Positions 51,340-54,288 of a stretch of 54,288 nt of DNA are shown one piece after another (the stretch's first letter is position 1; each line of letters starts with the position of its first letter). Both the position numbers and the translations under genes were made by a program. This stretch comes from an uncultured Ktedonobacterales bacterium (GTDB taxonomy: Bacteria > Chloroflexota > Ktedonobacteria > Ktedonobacterales > Ktedonobacteraceae): positions 1-54,288 of the forward strand of contig CBJMBI010000001.1 of assembly GCA_966427955.1 (NCBI GenBank). The letters are read 5' to 3'. The notes under the pieces were generated by a model. That model ran no database searches and had not been told where the DNA came from. It saw nothing but the letters and a program-made list of their open reading frames with translations.

Positions 51340-51559
51340 CTTCTTCAATCTCCTCTACAAGATCGTCCAATCGGACATTAAGCACTGCATTTAAGCCGGC
51401 AATGAATCCTACATGGTATCGATCTTCAGTGGGATCTTTCCCGGCATTAAACTCTAAATACTCCAAACTAACTGCTTTTAACTGCCTAAGTGTTTCAAAA
51501 ATACAGACGGTTATTTCTTGCTTCCGCCAGTCGCTGAGGGCTTGTTGTGCGCTAATGAT
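51329..51559 (-). CDS. Possible 76-aa protein that initiates at ATC
   Basis: Stop-free frame IISAQQALSDWRKQEITVCIFETLRQLKAVSLEYLEFNAGKDPTEDRYHVGFIAGLNAVLNVRLDDLVEEIEEDDR. AAGGAG lies 5 nt upstream of ATC 51559. The only canonical start is TTG 51466. Confidence 0.3.
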   Translation of the reverse strand: MISAQQALSDWRKQEITVCIFETLRQLKAVSLEYLEFNAGKDPTEDRYHVGFIAGLNAVLNVRLDDLVEEIEEDDR

Positions 51560-53811
51560 TGCGTCTCCTTCTTCTGTTGAATAGTCGCTTTGTGCGCTTC
51601 AGCACCTTGTTTCATCTGTTGTTGGTGATTCTCTTTAGTCATCGCCAACTCTTGATGATTCATTTGTTGTTGGTGCTGCATCATCATTTGTTCTTGGGCC
51701 ATCTTGGCTTGCAACTGATGTTGTTCAGCAGCAGCATTCATTTGGGCTTCTTGGGCAGTCATTTGCATCTTCTGTTGATGCTCTTGTTGTGCCATTGCCA
51801 TTTGTTGCTGCTTATCTCGTGCATTCAACTCCATCTCTTGTTGTTGTTGTGCACTCTTTAATTGCAGTTCTTGCTGCTTGGACTGCATCTGCATCTGAAG
51901 TTCTTGGACCTTCGGATCAGGCGGAGGCGGAGGCATCTGCCCTGTTTGCTGCACAGCTTGGTTGAGAAGCTGTTCATAGTTCGGCTGCTCTTGCGCCTTA
52001 AGTACTCGAATAATGACTTGGACCGGATCAAGCACCCCAATCGGAAGGAGTTGTAATAATGCCTCTGCTTTTTGGAGTTTTTCCTGTGCAGATACAGCAT
52101 TTGGATCTGCTGCGGGAATGACTCGGTATGTCGTTTCATCAAAATCATCCGGGCCGATCGGCTCATTGATAACTGCTGCATAGGTCTTCGGATTGAGGTA
52201 AGTAGCATTTAATTTAAATAACTTACAGAATTCTTCACTGAGACTACGATAAATACGCTTGTAGATCGCAGTAAAGACCTTCATTCCCTGTTCGACCGTA
52301 GCCATTGTCGTAGTGGCGGGAGTATTTTGACCCGGCATTTTACCAGTGAAAATCTCAGCAACCGACGCCAATTCCTTAGCAGAAGTGACAAGAGTTCCCA
52401 TCAATTGGAATAAAACAGCACTCGGTTCCTTCGTAGGAAGCGGGAAAATCTGTTTCTTCAGATCATCACCAACAGCATTCACTGCCTTCCATTCCCCCGG
52501 CATAAACCGGTGATCACCCATACGAAGACGCAGACCTTTACCAATAAAACCACTTTGTAAGTTGTTCAACGTACCTGCATCGACCAATTGGTTAATGAGA
52601 GTGTTTACCGATTCATTAAGTGGTCCAAGAAGCATACCAAACCCAATGTCATAAAAGCTGCCGTCGGGATTAGGAATGAATCCAAATTTCGTGTAATACT
52701 GAATAGGCTCAATCCCAGCAAGCTCACCGTCATCAGTAAATAAAATAGTCGATTCGTCATATCGAGCAGTTATTCGTAGAATTTTCTTTGTTTGTCGGTG
52801 AAAAGTGACGATATACGGCTCTGGATAATCATCGTCATCAAGATCGTAATAACAATGTTGTTCAACGATTTCATACGGAGTAGTTTCATCTGTACTAGGC
52901 ATCCAAGGAGTTTGTCGAGGATGAGTGTCAAAAGGAATGGCCGGAGGGTCTCCAAGATCAACATCATCACAGAAAATACCACTCATTTGACGTTGTTTGA
53001 TCATCCGTTTAGTCATTGGGATGATTTCACTGATCCGTTCACAGTCATCCAAACAGGTAGTCCAGTAATTAACGACAACGTGTTTCGGCATCAAAACATG
53101 ACTGCAATTAACCTTTTTAACACTATCCCAGTACGTCTTCTTGAACATCATACCAACAATCGGAAGAGTAATGAGAAGTTTATCCATTCCCTCTTCCCAT
53201 CCATACATTTGATGCATAATGTCATAAGACATATATGTGCCAATACGATCTGCTTGATCTTGTTTCGAATCGTCCGGATCTTTACCAATCACTTGCCCAA
53301 TAACGATCTTACCATCACTAGGAACCAATGTTGGATAAGCTCGTGCAGCAAACTGCATAGAAGCAGTAGATAAAAGGGGATACTTAATGTTAGAGGCGCG
53401 CGGCCACGGATAGGCACGTTGTTCTTGGACTTGTTGGGCAAGTTTTGTCCATTCGTCGATTTTGTGTTCCCACTCCTTACGAGATTGCAGGTCCACTTCA
53501 AACCCTTCGCTAACTTGGTTAGCAATCTTTCTAAGAGTATCCTCGTCAAGTTTTTCAGCAATATTTACAGATTCAATATATCCGCGTAAACGGTTATCCG
53601 GACCAGGATTAGCATCAGGATGGGGAATATCCGGTTGCTCCGGTTCTTGGGGCATCTGGTTCATCTGTTGCTGTTGTTGCCCCGCCATCTGAGCTACACC
53701 AGCCAGATTAAAAGGATCTTGATTCGGATCAAAACCTCCACCAAGACCTTCCCCTTGGGCACCACTTTGCATAGCTTGTAATGCCCCGCCGGGCGTTCCA
53801 TTAATAGGCAT
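51511..53811 (-). CDS. Portal protein with Gln-rich N- and C-terminal extensions
   Basis: 766 aa, second gene downstream of terL. The size and position are typical of a portal. The C-terminal ~150 aa are Q/M/E-rich. Confidence 0.75.
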   Translation of the reverse strand: MPINGTPGGALQAMQSGAQGEGLGGGFDPNQDPFNLAGVAQMAGQQQQQMNQMPQEPEQPDIPHPDANPGPDNRLRGYIESVNIAEKLDEDTLRKIANQVSEGFEVDLQSRKEWEHKIDEWTKLAQQVQEQRAYPWPRASNIKYPLLSTASMQFAARAYPTLVPSDGKIVIGQVIGKDPDDSKQDQADRIGTYMSYDIMHQMYGWEEGMDKLLITLPIVGMMFKKTYWDSVKKVNCSHVLMPKHVVVNYWTTCLDDCERISEIIPMTKRMIKQRQMSGIFCDDVDLGDPPAIPFDTHPRQTPWMPSTDETTPYEIVEQHCYYDLDDDDYPEPYIVTFHRQTKKILRITARYDESTILFTDDGELAGIEPIQYYTKFGFIPNPDGSFYDIGFGMLLGPLNESVNTLINQLVDAGTLNNLQSGFIGKGLRLRMGDHRFMPGEWKAVNAVGDDLKKQIFPLPTKEPSAVLFQLMGTLVTSAKELASVAEIFTGKMPGQNTPATTTMATVEQGMKVFTAIYKRIYRSLSEEFCKLFKLNATYLNPKTYAAVINEPIGPDDFDETTYRVIPAADPNAVSAQEKLQKAEALLQLLPIGVLDPVQVIIRVLKAQEQPNYEQLLNQAVQQTGQMPPPPPDPKVQELQMQMQSKQQELQLKSAQQQQEMELNARDKQQQMAMAQQEHQQKMQMTAQEAQMNAAAEQHQLQAKMAQEQMMMQHQQQMNHQELAMTKENHQQQMKQGAEAHKATIQQKKETQSLAHNKPSATGGSKK

Positions 53812-54001
53812 CTATTTTCCTTCGGCAAATATGGGCTAATATTCTACGATAATAGGCTGAACCTTTTTTAGTTTTAAAAAAGGCGACCTCTTCCGGGGTA
53901 TATTCTGCATACAAAGGTCGCTGGAGATTGTGTTGAACACCACAGAGTAGTGTTCCAACAGGAAATTCTTTTATATGACCATCTTCCCAAATGAATTTCA
54001 T
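53801..54001 (-). CDS. Hypothetical protein between terL and portal
   Basis: 66 aa, tightly packed on both sides. Confidence 0.45.
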   Translation of the reverse strand: MKFIWEDGHIKEFPVGTLLCGVQHNLQRPLYAEYTPEEVAFFKTKKGSAYYRRILAHICRRKIDAY

Positions 54002-54288
54002 TTAATATCCCGTTGTCGAGTTGCGCCCTTCGTCAGAAAGGCCACTTTGTTCATATTCCATTTGGTAATCCTCTTCTTCGAGTTCTTCTTTTGTCGGGGC
54101 TTCAATTAGCACATCAAGCATAAGACCTAGATAACTAAAAGCATCTACTTGGTCATCATGCTTATCCCGAGGGAATCGCATTAACTCATCTTCAAAGATT
54201 TGATACCAATCACCAGATTTATCAAACTTACACCCTTGAGCACGCATACGAGCTTGGATACTACGTGCTCGGGTAATCTTATCTTTAC
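54002..54288 (-). CDS. terL: Terminase large subunit, C-terminal (nuclease) end. Continuation of 1..1289 across the circular junction.
   Basis: ...GGKDKITRARSIQARMRAQGCKFDKSGDWYQIFEDELMRFPRDKHDDQVDAFSYLG. The HDDxVDA acidic motif is typical of TerL nuclease domains. Confidence 0.9.
   Translation of the reverse strand, partial: KDKITRARSIQARMRAQGCKFDKSGDWYQIFEDELMRFPRDKHDDQVDAFSYLGLMLDVLIEAPTKEELEEEDYQMEYEQSGLSDEGRNSTTGY
54234..54288. repeat. 55-nt exact duplicate of 1..55 (circular-assembly overlap or terminal redundancy)
   Basis: Direct comparison: both copies read CCTTGAGCACGCATACGAGCTTGGATACTACGTGCTCGGGTAATCTTATCTTTAC. Confidence 0.95.

Noticed and set aside
1-54288. CRISPR array, DGR (reverse transcriptase plus template repeat), retron, integrase/attachment site, or phage RNA polymerase.
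   Set aside because: None of the few intergenic regions (2256..2780, 3349..3671, 4581..5437, 6289..6420, 18883..19196) contains regularly spaced repeats. No ORF shows RT (YxDD), tyrosine/serine recombinase or single-subunit RNAP motifs.

Overview
The first 55 nt (1..55) are identical to the last 55 nt (54234..54288). The window is therefore one complete, circularly closed dsDNA phage genome of about 54.2 kb unique sequence, and the window boundary cuts the large terminase gene. The standard genetic code fits. The genome has two arms. (i) A plus-strand early / replication / nucleotide-metabolism arm runs from about 2.3 to 31.9 kb. It holds small early ORFs, tRNA-Leu(UAA), a block of unknown genes, a five-enzyme amidoligase / amidotransferase / ATP-grasp operon, primase, DnaB-like helicase, ThyX, a family-A DNA polymerase split into two ORFs, an SSB-like protein, 5'-3' exonuclease, T7-type endonuclease I, a metallophosphatase, MazG, DUF4406 and a class-II-like RNR. 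(ii) A minus-strand lysis / virion / packaging arm runs from 31.9 to 54.2 kb and wraps round to 2.25 kb. It holds a GH108 endolysin, a T7 gp16-like giant internal protein with an SLT domain, two low-complexity internal proteins, a GNAT, tail fibres / tailspike, a 3TM holin, tail tubular A/B-like proteins, capsid, scaffold, a GroES-like protein, portal, TerL, HNH and a putative TerS. I recognised no tape measure, sheath, phage RNA polymerase, integrase or repressor, so I read it as a lytic podovirus-like phage that uses sigma70-type host promoters. The layout resembles marine PolA / ThyX / RNR podoviruses, but I cannot verify that without a search. The best candidate for an uncharacterised system is the ligase operon at 9.4-15.6 kb together with its possible acidic-tail substrate proteins. 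Secondary observations: the precisely split polymerase; three stop-free coding extensions that lack a canonical start but have an AGGAG-like box followed by an in-frame ATC; a promoter-driven structured leader in front of a degenerate HNH cassette; a GC-rich island; and iteron-like repeats. All family assignments are motif recognition by eye and were not confirmed by database searches.
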